In this document: positions 9,157 through 17,855 of the stretch, piece after piece
How the letters are laid out: each line of letters opens with the position of its first letter
How positions within the stretch are numbered: the first letter of the stretch is position 1
Virus record (IMG/VR): IMGVR_UViG_3300009873_000008
Coordinates: 8,944-72,943 of that record
Strand: one strand, 5' to 3'
Origin: a virus
Taxonomy: Duplodnaviria; Caudoviricetes
Length of the DNA: 64,000 nt
Position numbers and translations under genes: made by a program
The notes under the pieces: generated by a model
Seen by the model: the letters and a program-made list of their open reading frames with translations, nothing else
The model's database searches: none
What the model was told of the DNA's origin: nothing

Positions 9157-9377
9157 CCACCATCAAACTGAACTACTCGGCGCTCCAACGACTGATCGTG
9201 ATCGAGCGACCGGGGACGCCAGCCACGACCATCACGCTGACGCCCGACTGGTCGGTCTACGACATCCCGCTCCTCGACGACGCCATCGAGAACGAAGCGC
9301 TCTCCTCACTCTCGGGACTCATGATGCTCACCGGCGGCGACCAGGATGTGACTATTGCCTTGGGGCTGCCCGTGTAA
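9153..9377 (+). CDS. Hypothetical protein
   Basis: GTGA overlap start at 9153. Confidence 0.5.
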   Translation: MTTIKLNYSALQRLIVIERPGTPATTITLTPDWSVYDIPLLDDAIENEALSSLSGLMMLTGGDQDVTIALGLPV

Positions 9378-9391
9378 GAGCGAAGAACCCG

Positions 9392-9410
9392 CCTGTCAGG
9401 GTATGACAGG
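9392..9410. promoter_or_regulatory. Inverted repeat CCTGTCA-N5-TGACAGG overlapping GGG-TATGAC
   Basis: Perfect 7-bp dyad just upstream of 9414. Confidence 0.45.
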
Positions 9411-9413
9411 AGG

Positions 9414-9974
9414 GTGAGCGTGGAGCAGTTCGGGCTGTGGATCTACCGAGGTTACAAGCGCGGCGTGGTCAAGCTCGCGCTCTCGGTCAGGCACCGACAC
9501 GGCTCGCATGACCTTCTGCTGTCCTCGGGCGTGCATCTCTCAGCCGTGCCGTCGAGTCGTCTCCACTCCCTGGCCAGTATCGACCGGTCGCTACCGATCG
9601 TCGAGTCAGTCGCGACGCTGAACTCGCTGCGCTTCCCGTTGCTCGTGAACTTCTGGGCATGCCGGTCCGACGTCGGTGTCGATTACGTCCGCGCTCAGGG
9701 CGGCGGGTGGTCCGTCGAGTTCGATGACGAGACCCCGCCCGAGATCGTAGTCTTCCGCAGTGGCGGTCTATCAGGCTGCTTCGACTACATCGACGGCGAC
9801 TACCCCGACGAGGAGCGGGCGCGCTTGCGCGTCACCGCGGCGCTTCAGCAGCGAACACCTGCGATCGGCGTTGAAGTAGTTCCGATCTTCGTTCGTGGAC
9901 CCCACGGTGGACCGGAGAACATCGCTCAGTTGCGAGCAGACCTGGCAAAGTTCCGAGCGGGAGACCTCCAGTGA
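9414..9974 (+). CDS. Accessory paralog family B protein
   Basis: IVESVATLN tag followed by FPLLV; EVVPIFV. Confidence 0.6.
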   Translation: MSVEQFGLWIYRGYKRGVVKLALSVRHRHGSHDLLLSSGVHLSAVPSSRLHSLASIDRSLPIVESVATLNSLRFPLLVNFWACRSDVGVDYVRAQGGGWSVEFDDETPPEIVVFRSGGLSGCFDYIDGDYPDEERARLRVTAALQQRTPAIGVEVVPIFVRGPHGGPENIAQLRADLAKFRAGDLQ

Positions 9975-10318
9975 GACGGTCCACTGACGTCGAAGTCCTC
10001 CTTCCTCCCGACATCACGAAGTCGGTCATGGGGCTCATTCGGTCTGGCCGATTCGAGGCGTCGTGCGATCTGCGCGGTTTCCTCGGTCGACACCGTCACA
10101 CCCACACGCCCGCACGCCTACGCTTCGTGTTCGGTCCGGCAACGCCCGACGCCTTCGGTCTGTCAGACGCCACGATGGTCAAGTCGGCTCTCGACGAACT
10201 CGGGCGCCTGCCCACCGACTTCTCCTCGTTCGATCCCCGCGAAGTGCGATACCTGGCCGGCGAACTGAACAAGTGGCTCAGTCGGCCGCTCGTTGATGCG
10301 ATCGGGGACTTGGCGTGA
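9971..10318 (+). CDS. Hypothetical protein (family A-like), C-terminal LVDAIGDLA
   Basis: GTGA-coupled. Confidence 0.6.
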   Translation: MRRSTDVEVLLPPDITKSVMGLIRSGRFEASCDLRGFLGRHRHTHTPARLRFVFGPATPDAFGLSDATMVKSALDELGRLPTDFSSFDPREVRYLAGELNKWLSRPLVDAIGDLA

Positions 10319-10692
10319 GCACCTACCTCGTTGTGCGCGTGCGGCTCTCTGCGCGGCAGCTTGAGCGGCTGCTCCTCTGCGGCGACGAGTCGCAGATTCT
10401 CCGCCGCGTCTGTGAGAAGACGACTGGCTTCCTGAACTACTACGCCCGGTGGACCAACAAACACGCTGGTGCGTTTCCTTACCCGTCATCACAGATGGCG
10501 ATGGCTGACGCAGTCCTCGACAAGCCGCGAGGCCGAAAGGTGGTCGTTCAACTACAAGACGCGCCCTCTTCCGTTCAGCGTCGCAGAACGCTCGGCACAG
10601 TGCTCGGCACCACGGACGAACCGCTTCGAGTGGCGCGAATCGCGTGGCCGATCGGGACGCTCGTCGAGTCGATAGGTCGTCTGAATGGCTGA
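10315..10692 (+). CDS. Hypothetical protein, C-terminal LVESIGRLN
   Basis: GTGA-coupled. Confidence 0.6.
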   Translation: MSTYLVVRVRLSARQLERLLLCGDESQILRRVCEKTTGFLNYYARWTNKHAGAFPYPSSQMAMADAVLDKPRGRKVVVQLQDAPSSVQRRRTLGTVLGTTDEPLRVARIAWPIGTLVESIGRLNG

Positions 10693-11224
10693 GACTGGAC
10701 GCCAGCGTTACTGGCGCCAAGTGCGCCAGATCGCGAGCGAGGAGAACATCTCGATCCAGGCGGCCCGAAGGCGGTGGCGGGCCAGGGTGACCCACGCGAC
10801 CAGACTACTCGTCCAGGCAGCTGGAGAGTTGGCCGGGCAGGCCGCTCGACCGGTCGTCCGAGTCGCACGTCCGGTTGTCCGGCTCGTGAGTCGCTCGGCC
10901 CCGACAACCTGTCCGTTGTGCCGAGATGACCTTGTCGCTCCGCTCCATCAGTGCGGGTGCCACGCGGCCTATCATCTGGAATGCGCTTGGGAGATCCCCA
11001 GGTGCGCTGTGCTGGGCTGCGGACGTCAGATGCCGCGCATGGAGCGCATGGAGCCGACAACACCCGCGGCACCAATCGATCAACCTACGAGCGTCGCTCG
11101 GTCAACCGCCCGATCCGCTGATACTCGCCTCGACCGGATCGTCCGCACCCTTTTCGCTCTCAGCGTCCTTTTCGCGTTGATCGGGTTGATCGCTGCCGTA
11201 ATGCGATCGGTCGGCGGCGGCTGA
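10685..11224 (+). CDS. RING-like zinc-finger protein with C-terminal transmembrane helix
   Basis: CPLC...C-G-C-x3-H-x2-C...C-x4-C; hydrophobic TLFALSVLFALIGLIAAVM. Confidence 0.6.
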   Translation: MAETGRQRYWRQVRQIASEENISIQAARRRWRARVTHATRLLVQAAGELAGQAARPVVRVARPVVRLVSRSAPTTCPLCRDDLVAPLHQCGCHAAYHLECAWEIPRCAVLGCGRQMPRMERMEPTTPAAPIDQPTSVARSTARSADTRLDRIVRTLFALSVLFALIGLIAAVMRSVGGG

Positions 11225-11624
11225 TCTCCGCTTCGAGCGCAGCGCGGATGTCCTGCAACGACTGGTCGCTCATCTCCCGGAATGCCCCAGCAGTCACCTG
11301 GAGCGGCGAAGCCGAGATTCGATGCCCGATCCCCCGCTTGCCGGCCTCGTCGAGCGTCTCGTGGAGGAACATCTGTCCCACGGGGCTGCCCAGCCACTGC
11401 ATGACCGTGGCCGCGATCTCCCGATCCCGAGGCCCGACGTTCTCCTCTCGGACGGGCCACCCGTTCTCGCCGAACAGGTAGTCGAAGACCCCGAAGGTAT
11501 CGCACTGCTTGGCCCATCGCTCAGCAAAGAGCCGCTCCATGGGCTCGCGATCGACCCGCTCGAAGTTCTTTCCCCGCCAACGCTTGGGCACGGGGCGCGC
11601 GGACGAGGCTCGCTTGGTGGTCAT
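11160..11624 (-). CDS. Hypothetical protein
   Basis: 154 aa; IAATVMQWLGSPVG; TAGAAC 6 nt upstream. Confidence 0.65.
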   Translation of the reverse strand: MTTKRASSARPVPKRWRGKNFERVDREPMERLFAERWAKQCDTFGVFDYLFGENGWPVREENVGPRDREIAATVMQWLGSPVGQMFLHETLDEAGKRGIGHRISASPLQVTAGAFREMSDQSLQDIRAALEAEISRRRPIALRQRSTRSTRKGR

Positions 11625-11630
11625 GTTCTC

Positions 11631-11639
11631 GTTCTACCC
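11631..11639 (-). promoter_or_regulatory. Putative -10 element GGG-TAGAAC, leaderless
   Basis: 6 nt before ATG 11624. Confidence 0.6.
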
Positions 11640-11729
11640 ACGTCAGTACGTGCATCGCTTCGCGTCTACAGGAAGGCGTGAAGCGCGTCGTAGATAGTGG
11701 CAGGACTCCGAATGGTAGCGGGAGATTCT

Positions 11730-11972
11730 ATGAGCACTGACGTTCTGGGACCCGGAGCGCTCGTCAGAACAGCCTACGGTATGACCCGTTATGGACGAAT
11801 CCTCCAGATCGATCCTCGGCCTGCTAGCTCCGACGCACGATGGGAGGCAGTGGTGTTCTGGCGCGACGCGAAAGATCCGCAGTCCGTTAGCGCGTACGTG
11901 TTGTCGGCCGACGTACCCATCATAGAACGGTTAGCGCTCATGGGCTGGCTATCGGAATTGGACGCGGCATAG
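11730..11972 (+). CDS. Small SH3/KOW-like protein
   Basis: PGALVRT...GRILQI; IIERLALMG tag. Confidence 0.5.
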   Translation: MSTDVLGPGALVRTAYGMTRYGRILQIDPRPASSDARWEAVVFWRDAKDPQSVSAYVLSADVPIIERLALMGWLSELDAA

Positions 11973-12032
11973 TAAAGAAACGACCGTCTTGAGCCGATCA
12001 GAGGGTAAGACGAAACCGGGAAACGAGGCCGC

Positions 12033-12605
12033 GTGACTGATCCGTGGATCCACCTTCGACCAAGTGACCTGACCGACTGGCGCATGGAGCACGGCCTGTC
12101 CCGCAGGCAGCTGTCGGTCTTCTTCCGAGTCTCCACGTCCACGATCCGTGCGTACGAACGCGGAGAAGAGACTCCGCCCGAGTGGCTCCAGGACCGCATG
12201 GTCGTCACGATCCTCTCGGGGGAGATTCCGAAGATCACTGTGCCGCGCGGTCGCCGTCGTCGCTACCGCTGGGCTCGCGCGTTCAGCAGCGACGACCTCT
12301 TCCGCTGGCGCAAGGACCAGGGTCTCACGCAGCACCAAGCGGCACAGGTTCTGGGCTGTTCGCCCGCGTCCGTGAGCGCGTGGGAGCGCAACGAGCGCGC
12401 GCCGAAGCGGCCCCTCCAGTATCAGATCCGCACGCGGATCGAGGGGTATGACAACTACGAGTTCGCTGCTATCGCCGCCATCGACCCACCGTCAGCAACT
12501 GCTGACCCTGACCTGAAGGAGGAGACCGTGACCGCAGTTCCCCAGATCACCAACACCGACGAGACCGTCCCGACTCCGAGTCGATCAAGTAGTGGGCGCC
12601 GGTGA
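12033..12605 (+). CDS. Tandem XRE-family HTH regulator
   Basis: Two HTH units (WRMEHGLSRRQLSVFFRVSTSTIRAYERG; WRKDQGLTQHQAAQVLGCSPASVSAWERN); GGG-TAAGAC at 12003-12011. Confidence 0.8.
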   Translation: MTDPWIHLRPSDLTDWRMEHGLSRRQLSVFFRVSTSTIRAYERGEETPPEWLQDRMVVTILSGEIPKITVPRGRRRRYRWARAFSSDDLFRWRKDQGLTQHQAAQVLGCSPASVSAWERNERAPKRPLQYQIRTRIEGYDNYEFAAIAAIDPPSATADPDLKEETVTAVPQITNTDETVPTPSRSSSGRR

Positions 12606-12967
12606 TGAGCGAGCGAATGAGGACGAATCCGTCCTCGCGCCCCCAGCGCCCCGAGGGCAAGCAGGTCGTCGCACGCTTTCACCACGGGCAGGTACCCGCG
12701 ACAACGACCGCTGCCATGATGATCGCCGACCCCCAGCCTACGACGACCATCCGCGACCTCAAGCCGACCGTCGAGGCGAAGCGCGTGGTCATGTTGGAAC
12801 GCACAGGCAAGCTCACGATCCGGCCCGACCAGTTGAAGGCCATGCTCGCATCGCATGGCGTGGAGACGCCGGACACCGCCGAGATGAACCTCGACAACGG
12901 CTACCTCGTCCTGACCTGGCCCCTCAACACGGAGGTGCTGGACGAGAAGGCGGAGCCGGCGCCGTGA
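12602..12967 (+). CDS. Hypothetical protein
   Basis: 121 aa, coupled. Confidence 0.55.
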   Translation: MMSERMRTNPSSRPQRPEGKQVVARFHHGQVPATTTAAMMIADPQPTTTIRDLKPTVEAKRVVMLERTGKLTIRPDQLKAMLASHGVETPDTAEMNLDNGYLVLTWPLNTEVLDEKAEPAP

Positions 12968-13620
12968 AGGCGCCCCAGCAGTGGTACGACGCCTGGACCG
13001 ATGCTGACGGCTCCGAGACGCTGCGCGACGAGTGGGAAACCTGGACCAGCCAGGCTGACCTGGTCGATCCCGCTGAGATCGACGTCAACACCCTACGTTG
13101 GTCGCCGCCCGTGTCGGTGCTCGTCAACGAAGTTCCCGAGCAGATCGTCCGCATCGTTCACGTCAGCCCGAAGCAACGACGCGGCAAGAAGCTCATCAAG
13201 GTGGTGAACTTCGCCGGCATCTCGACCGTGCTCGATACGGACGTGGTCCAGCCGGTGTCAGTGGTCGACGCGATCAGCTTCCTGGATGACGCCGCTCTGT
13301 GGTGGCAGATCATCCGTGGTGAGCGCGCCGAGCGGCAACATCTCGACGAAGTCAACCAGGACTTGGCGGTGGGCAGCCCCGTCAAGATCCTGGGGCCCCA
13401 GGGCACCGCCCAGGAGAGTCTCAGGCTCTGGGCTAGCCACCTCACCAAGCCGCCCGAGAGCCTCCTGGCGGACCTCTCAGAGCGCGAGACAGGGCTCTGG
13501 CAGCACGCGCTGACAGGCCGAGTGGTCCGACCGCCGCGGGACGTCGGAAGGCGCCTGCGCGTCCAGATCGACGGGGACGAGCCTGTATCCGTCGGGTGGT
13601 ACTCGGTCAGACCGGCGTAA
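12964..13620 (+). CDS. Protein with two SH3/KOW-like segments
   Basis: GTGA start at 12964; AVGSPVKIL...GRVV; VVDAISFLD. Confidence 0.55.
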   Translation: MKAPQQWYDAWTDADGSETLRDEWETWTSQADLVDPAEIDVNTLRWSPPVSVLVNEVPEQIVRIVHVSPKQRRGKKLIKVVNFAGISTVLDTDVVQPVSVVDAISFLDDAALWWQIIRGERAERQHLDEVNQDLAVGSPVKILGPQGTAQESLRLWASHLTKPPESLLADLSERETGLWQHALTGRVVRPPRDVGRRLRVQIDGDEPVSVGWYSVRPA

Positions 13621-13638
13621 GTCCTTCTAATACAAACA

Positions 13639-13667
13639 CTGTAAGTCTCGACGACTCGTCTGTGAGT
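13639..13667 (+). promoter_or_regulatory. Direct-repeat element CTGTAAGT / CTGTGAGT, 21-bp period
   Basis: Matches 4507-4535. Confidence 0.5.
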
Positions 13668-13682
13668 AGACGGGAGGAGCAC

Positions 13683-14024
13683 ATGCGAGTCGACGTGACC
13701 TTCGACCGGGACGAGCCGACCCTGATCGAGCAGATCGGCGAGTTGTCGCTCGCCGACGGCGAGGAACCCGAGACCCGCTGGGCTCTCTCGGTCGAAGTGA
13801 AGTGCTTCGGCCGGGACACTCCCGGAACCTACTGGCAGCCGCCCGAGTCGATGGAGATCGACCCGGTTCGCGCCTTCCGCGAGACACTCGACGAGGAAGG
13901 GCGCCCCCGCGACGTCGAGTTCGACCTGAGCAAGCTCTCCAGTGCTGAGTACGATCGCATGATCGACGCTCTGTACGAGAGCGTGCGCGAGCAGCGTTAC
14001 GACGACTGCTACGGGGACAACTGA
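13683..14024 (+). CDS. Hypothetical acidic protein
   Basis: GGAGGAG SD before ATG 13683. Confidence 0.65.
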   Translation: MRVDVTFDRDEPTLIEQIGELSLADGEEPETRWALSVEVKCFGRDTPGTYWQPPESMEIDPVRAFRETLDEEGRPRDVEFDLSKLSSAEYDRMIDALYESVREQRYDDCYGDN

Positions 14025-14027
14025 CCG

Positions 14028-14219
14028 ATGGCCGACCCGACCATGGACCCCGAGCGCATCGCAGCCTGCCTGACGAAGGCTGGAATCCCGGTGCCGCCCG
14101 GTGAACTCCTCTACTGCACCGTCCAGATGCAGTACCAGAACTGGTTCGTGCGCACCTCCAAGGGCTGGCTTTGGTGGAGCGGAAAGGAATGGAAGCCTTC
14201 CGTCTACGGTCCTCTGTGA
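14028..14219 (+). CDS. Hypothetical protein
   Basis: 63 aa in an operon. Confidence 0.5.
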   Translation: MADPTMDPERIAACLTKAGIPVPPGELLYCTVQMQYQNWFVRTSKGWLWWSGKEWKPSVYGPL

Positions 14220-14713
14220 ACGTGCGTCTGGTCGAAACAGAACCCGGCCGCCGCTACATCGCCGTCGATCGACCGCAATCGACATTGCTTCTGGCCCCCA
14301 ACTGCACCGCTGACATCATCGTGGGCAGCGGTCGGGTCGGCTTCGAGTGCGGCTTGGTCGATCTGATCGGCGCGATCGACCAGCCGTTCCGAATGCCACT
14401 CCCGTGCATGGTCTACGCCGATGCCAGGCGCCGGGAATCGCATCGATACGTTTGTCGGATCAACCGCTGGTTCAATCGGGCCGGCGAGTTCACCATCTAC
14501 TCCGATGACCGGCTCGGCAAACTGCACTTCGGAGAGAGCTTCAACGCAGTCGTCAAGTGCGCACTTCACTATGCGCGCACCGATCTGCAACCACTCGGAG
14601 TCACGTGGGAAGCAGTGCCCTTCTGGCGATCTAGTCGAAACGACGAACACTGGTGCAAGAACGCGCTTCGTGAGTCTCTCCGCAAGCGGCAGTTCGAGGT
14701 GCCGCGGTGGTGA
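14216..14713 (+). CDS. Accessory paralog family B-like protein
   Basis: GTGA start; LVDLIGAID tag. Confidence 0.55.
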   Translation: MNVRLVETEPGRRYIAVDRPQSTLLLAPNCTADIIVGSGRVGFECGLVDLIGAIDQPFRMPLPCMVYADARRRESHRYVCRINRWFNRAGEFTIYSDDRLGKLHFGESFNAVVKCALHYARTDLQPLGVTWEAVPFWRSSRNDEHWCKNALRESLRKRQFEVPRW

Positions 14714-15276
14714 AAGCAGCGCGACCCCGCCTGGTGCTCTACAACCACCCGGATCCCCTCGCGCCGAAGCCGGAGCGTCGGGCCGAGCAACTAGCGCTTC
14801 TCTTGGGCCAACGGACTGATCGGAGCTTCATCGACTTCTATTCCGTACTGCTGCCGAACGGTCACATCATTCAAGCGAGACAGTGGCAGTTCCTGGAGCT
14901 AGACGTAGTATCCCGAGTGGGAGCGCTTAACGATTACGACGCGCGCCCCGTGTTTCCTCTGTTCGGCTACTTGTACTGGGACTCTGGTCGCCAGGTGTGC
15001 CGGGTGCGTTACTGTCCGGCTTGGGACTACAGCTACCTGTGCGATCTGCCGTTCTCGCGCTTGCCGTCAGCCTTGGCCAGACCGGCCTACGCTGTAGCGC
15101 GAGGCAACCGCTCCGCTGAAAAAGTCTGGGTCGAACGCGTCAAAAAGCACTACCGTTCTTCCGACTTCCAGGTCGTACCGATTGTCGTCGGACGCAACAG
15201 CGTCGAAGAGTTCCGAACTCAGACTGAGCGTCTCGGGCTGCCGCTCCGAACCATAAGAGTTCCGAACTCAGACTGA
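14707..15276 (+). CDS. Accessory paralog family B protein
   Basis: VVSRVGALN tag, FPLF, QVVPIVV. Confidence 0.6.
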   Translation: MVKAARPRLVLYNHPDPLAPKPERRAEQLALLLGQRTDRSFIDFYSVLLPNGHIIQARQWQFLELDVVSRVGALNDYDARPVFPLFGYLYWDSGRQVCRVRYCPAWDYSYLCDLPFSRLPSALARPAYAVARGNRSAEKVWVERVKKHYRSSDFQVVPIVVGRNSVEEFRTQTERLGLPLRTIRVPNSD

Positions 15277-15278
15277 GC
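15206..15278. repeat. Perfect 24-bp direct repeat with a 25-bp spacer
   Basis: AAGAGTTCCGAACTCAGACTGAGC at 15206-15229 and 15255-15278. Confidence 0.9.
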
Positions 15279-15284
15279 AAGATC

Positions 15285-15473
15285 ATGGACGAGATCGTCA
15301 TCAGCGAAGACGAGATCGAGCGCACGGCCAAACGCCTTGTCCGTGCCGGGGACCAGGAGGTGATACGCGCCTTCTCACGGGCGAATGCCGACCTGACCGC
15401 CGCGATACGAGCTACCACCGATCAGTGGCAGAAACTGGGCAAACTACTGGAGCAGCAACTTCCGAAGCTCTAG
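15285..15473 (+). CDS. Hypothetical protein
   Basis: 62 aa, helical. Confidence 0.5.
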   Translation: MDEIVISEDEIERTAKRLVRAGDQEVIRAFSRANADLTAAIRATTDQWQKLGKLLEQQLPKL

Positions 15474-15495
15474 GATCGAACAGGATCAAGCAGCC

Positions 15496-15795
15496 ATGAC
15501 CAGAAAGACCATCAAGCAGGTGACCATCTACTTCGACGGGATTGCGATCACAGTACCCGCTCGAACTTGGTCCGAGGCCGAAACACTGGAGGTACTAGGT
15601 GCGCCGATGTCGGCGCGCGTCGCGTTGGAGCACGCCAAGAATCACCCGCTCGACTTCTCCCGCGGCTGGGGCTTCGCCGAGGGCCAGCGATACGTGCCGG
15701 TCGACGAACAGCGCGTCGGGCTCACCGACGAGAGTGATGGCAACGACTGGGCCCAGGATCCCGACTGGTGGAAGAAGGGCAAGTCACGCGACTAG
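15496..15795 (+). CDS. Hypothetical protein
   Basis: 99 aa. Confidence 0.55.
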   Translation: MTRKTIKQVTIYFDGIAITVPARTWSEAETLEVLGAPMSARVALEHAKNHPLDFSRGWGFAEGQRYVPVDEQRVGLTDESDGNDWAQDPDWWKKGKSRD

Positions 15796-16410
15796 CAACT
15801 CGGCGAGCCGCTGTCGTTGCCAGGCGCGTTCCTCCGAGGAATGAGCGCAGAGTCGGTAGCACGCAGTAACCATCTCGGCGCACATGGGCCGCAATCTGCG
15901 CGCGTGTTGTTGTAGTTGGCTCAGACGCCACTGTTCGTCGAGTTGACTGCGACTGTCCGCAAGCCAACGCGCCAATGCCTGTGCTCGCTCCAAGTGTTCG
16001 TACCGACCTACCGGACGCGCAGCCGCGCTCTTGGCGGCGTGCTCAAGGCACTCTGATGACCACCTGTACAGAAGATCATCAGAGAGATGTTCACCGAGCG
16101 CCTTGACGGCCGGCAACAGATCCTGGGGAAGGACCATGGCCCCAGTTCCGCTGCACTTGAAGCAGCTTAGGCTGCGCTCCTCGTCGCTCTCGTCTCGGGG
16201 CGAACGAGACCGGCAAGAGGCGCACGGCACCGAGATCGACTCGTTGCACATCGCAAGCGCTTCGCGCCCGTAGGGTAGCCCGAAGTGCAACGCCAGTTGG
16301 ACGTTGAATGGGTCCAGCTGCCCGCTACGCAGACGCGCGACCAGCACCGTTGCCGGGTCGTCGTCGCCCAATCGGCGCTGGCGCTCAAGCCGTCGGAGTC
16401 GTTCGTCCAT
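15784..16410 (-). CDS. Hypothetical protein with MDERLRRLER N-terminal module and CxxC/CxxCxGxG motifs
   Basis: Start set at ATG 16410. Confidence 0.6.
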   Translation of the reverse strand: MDERLRRLERQRRLGDDDPATVLVARLRSGQLDPFNVQLALHFGLPYGREALAMCNESISVPCASCRSRSPRDESDEERSLSCFKCSGTGAMVLPQDLLPAVKALGEHLSDDLLYRWSSECLEHAAKSAAARPVGRYEHLERAQALARWLADSRSQLDEQWRLSQLQQHARRLRPMCAEMVTACYRLCAHSSEERAWQRQRLAELLVA

Positions 16411-16987
16411 CCAAACACTCAGGATGGCGACCAACTAACGGTCGCACCACATTTCTCCACTCGCTCAGTTGCTGTCGGTTCTTGGGTCGGAACACGTGAG
16501 CCCGCGAGATCGTCTCGCCGATCATGACCACTGGTTTGAACTCGACGAACCCAAGTTTGTGGACACGACCGATCCGCTCCCAGCGCTTGGTGAATGTCTC
16601 CCATGCGTTGCGGATGGCAGTTATCGGATCGAGATCGTTGACGAGCACCGAGAACAGTAGCTCACTCCGACGTCTGCCCATCGCCGCCGTCCAGATGCCG
16701 ACGCGTGTGGTCTTGATCCGATCTCTCGTGCAGACCGGACTCACCATTACCGGCAACATCAGTTCGAGACGCTCCATCGAGCCGACCATCGCTACCAGAT
16801 CTGGCTTGAGCAGATTTTTGGCGGTGACGTACTTGACAGCCCTGCTGGTGAGCACCACGAAAACGGAGCGCGCCGGATTGATTCCCACCACCAGTCCGTA
16901 TCGATCCGGGATCCGGGGTTTACCGTCGTCCTGCGGCTCGTGGTGAACGAGTACGATGTCGCCCAGCGCCGGGCTCTCTTGCGTCAC
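16385..16987 (-). CDS. SH3/KOW-like protein
   Basis: GTGA start; LGDIVLV...YGLVVGI; LVAMVGSME tag. Confidence 0.55.
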   Translation of the reverse strand: MTQESPALGDIVLVHHEPQDDGKPRIPDRYGLVVGINPARSVFVVLTSRAVKYVTAKNLLKPDLVAMVGSMERLELMLPVMVSPVCTRDRIKTTRVGIWTAAMGRRRSELLFSVLVNDLDPITAIRNAWETFTKRWERIGRVHKLGFVEFKPVVMIGETISRAHVFRPKNRQQLSEWRNVVRPLVGRHPECLDGRTTPTA

Positions 16988-17574
16988 TGGCTCGGAGTTT
17001 CCGGCGACTCGGGGGGCTCCGGCGACTCCACCTGGAGAACACCGACACTCATCATGAGCGCGATGACAAACTCCTCGACCGTGTCCTGCACCTTGGGCGG
17101 CCCGATTACCGCAGGCTTGGACCGACCCATGGTTCGAGGATCGGCGTAGACGAGAAGCACGATGGCCCGCTCTCGGACCAGTTCCAGCACGTGTTTCCCG
17201 TTCCGAGTAGAAAACGCGCCCGGCCACACTTCGCGCGCGAGCACCGCCGGAATGTCGTACCTCTTCTCGATCTCAGCCATCATGTGGCGCTGTAGCTCGG
17301 TCGAGAGCGCCACGTCGAAGATGATTCCAACTCGGTCGGGCCTGTGTTCCCGCTGGCCGGCCCCACGTACCCACAAGCAATGATAGTCGCGGCAAGCCTG
17401 CGGCCTGGTCTGATAGATCTTGCAGCCAGGCACCGCCCGCGAGTTACGCCTGGGCGAGCAGTGCTGACAAAGCGTCCACTCCGGCTTATTGAGTTGGGTG
17501 ATACCGACGACCGTGCAGCAGGCCGTGCAATCGCCGCACGATCTTGTCTTCATGACGGGTAGCGCGCGGCTCAC
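16984..17574 (-). CDS. YkgJ-like Cys-cluster (CxxCxxCC) protein
   Basis: CGDCTACC...CQHC...CKIYQTRPQACRDYHCLW. Confidence 0.8.
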   Translation of the reverse strand: MSRALPVMKTRSCGDCTACCTVVGITQLNKPEWTLCQHCSPRRNSRAVPGCKIYQTRPQACRDYHCLWVRGAGQREHRPDRVGIIFDVALSTELQRHMMAEIEKRYDIPAVLAREVWPGAFSTRNGKHVLELVRERAIVLLVYADPRTMGRSKPAVIGPPKVQDTVEEFVIALMMSVGVLQVESPEPPESPETPSQ

Positions 17575-17855
17575 TCCGCCTCCCGCTGGCGCCGCGGCCG
17601 GTACAGCTTCCAGTGCGCGTCGACCACCACACGTTGATCCGAGATCATCTCTTGTAGGTGGTTGGCGACCTCGAAGGACTCGCTAGTCATCCACCTTTCG
17701 GGCCAGCGCCATCCGGCTTGTACCGCCTCCACCATCCACGGAAGCACCAGCGTTGGATCTTTCGCCTGAATCACGCGCAGGACGACCATGCTAGCGCTGA
17801 CCGACTCGTGCTCAGGCACTGCCGCAAGAATGTCTTCCTGAGTAAACGTCATCAT
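17571..17855 (-). CDS. Hypothetical protein
   Basis: 94 aa, coupled. Confidence 0.5.
   Translation of the reverse strand: MMTFTQEDILAAVPEHESVSASMVVLRVIQAKDPTLVLPWMVEAVQAGWRWPERWMTSESFEVANHLQEMISDQRVVVDAHWKLYRPRRQREAE

Noticed and set aside
15206-15278. Bona fide CRISPR array
   Set aside because: Only two repeats, inside a coding end, with no leader or cas gene in the window; kept as a repeat.
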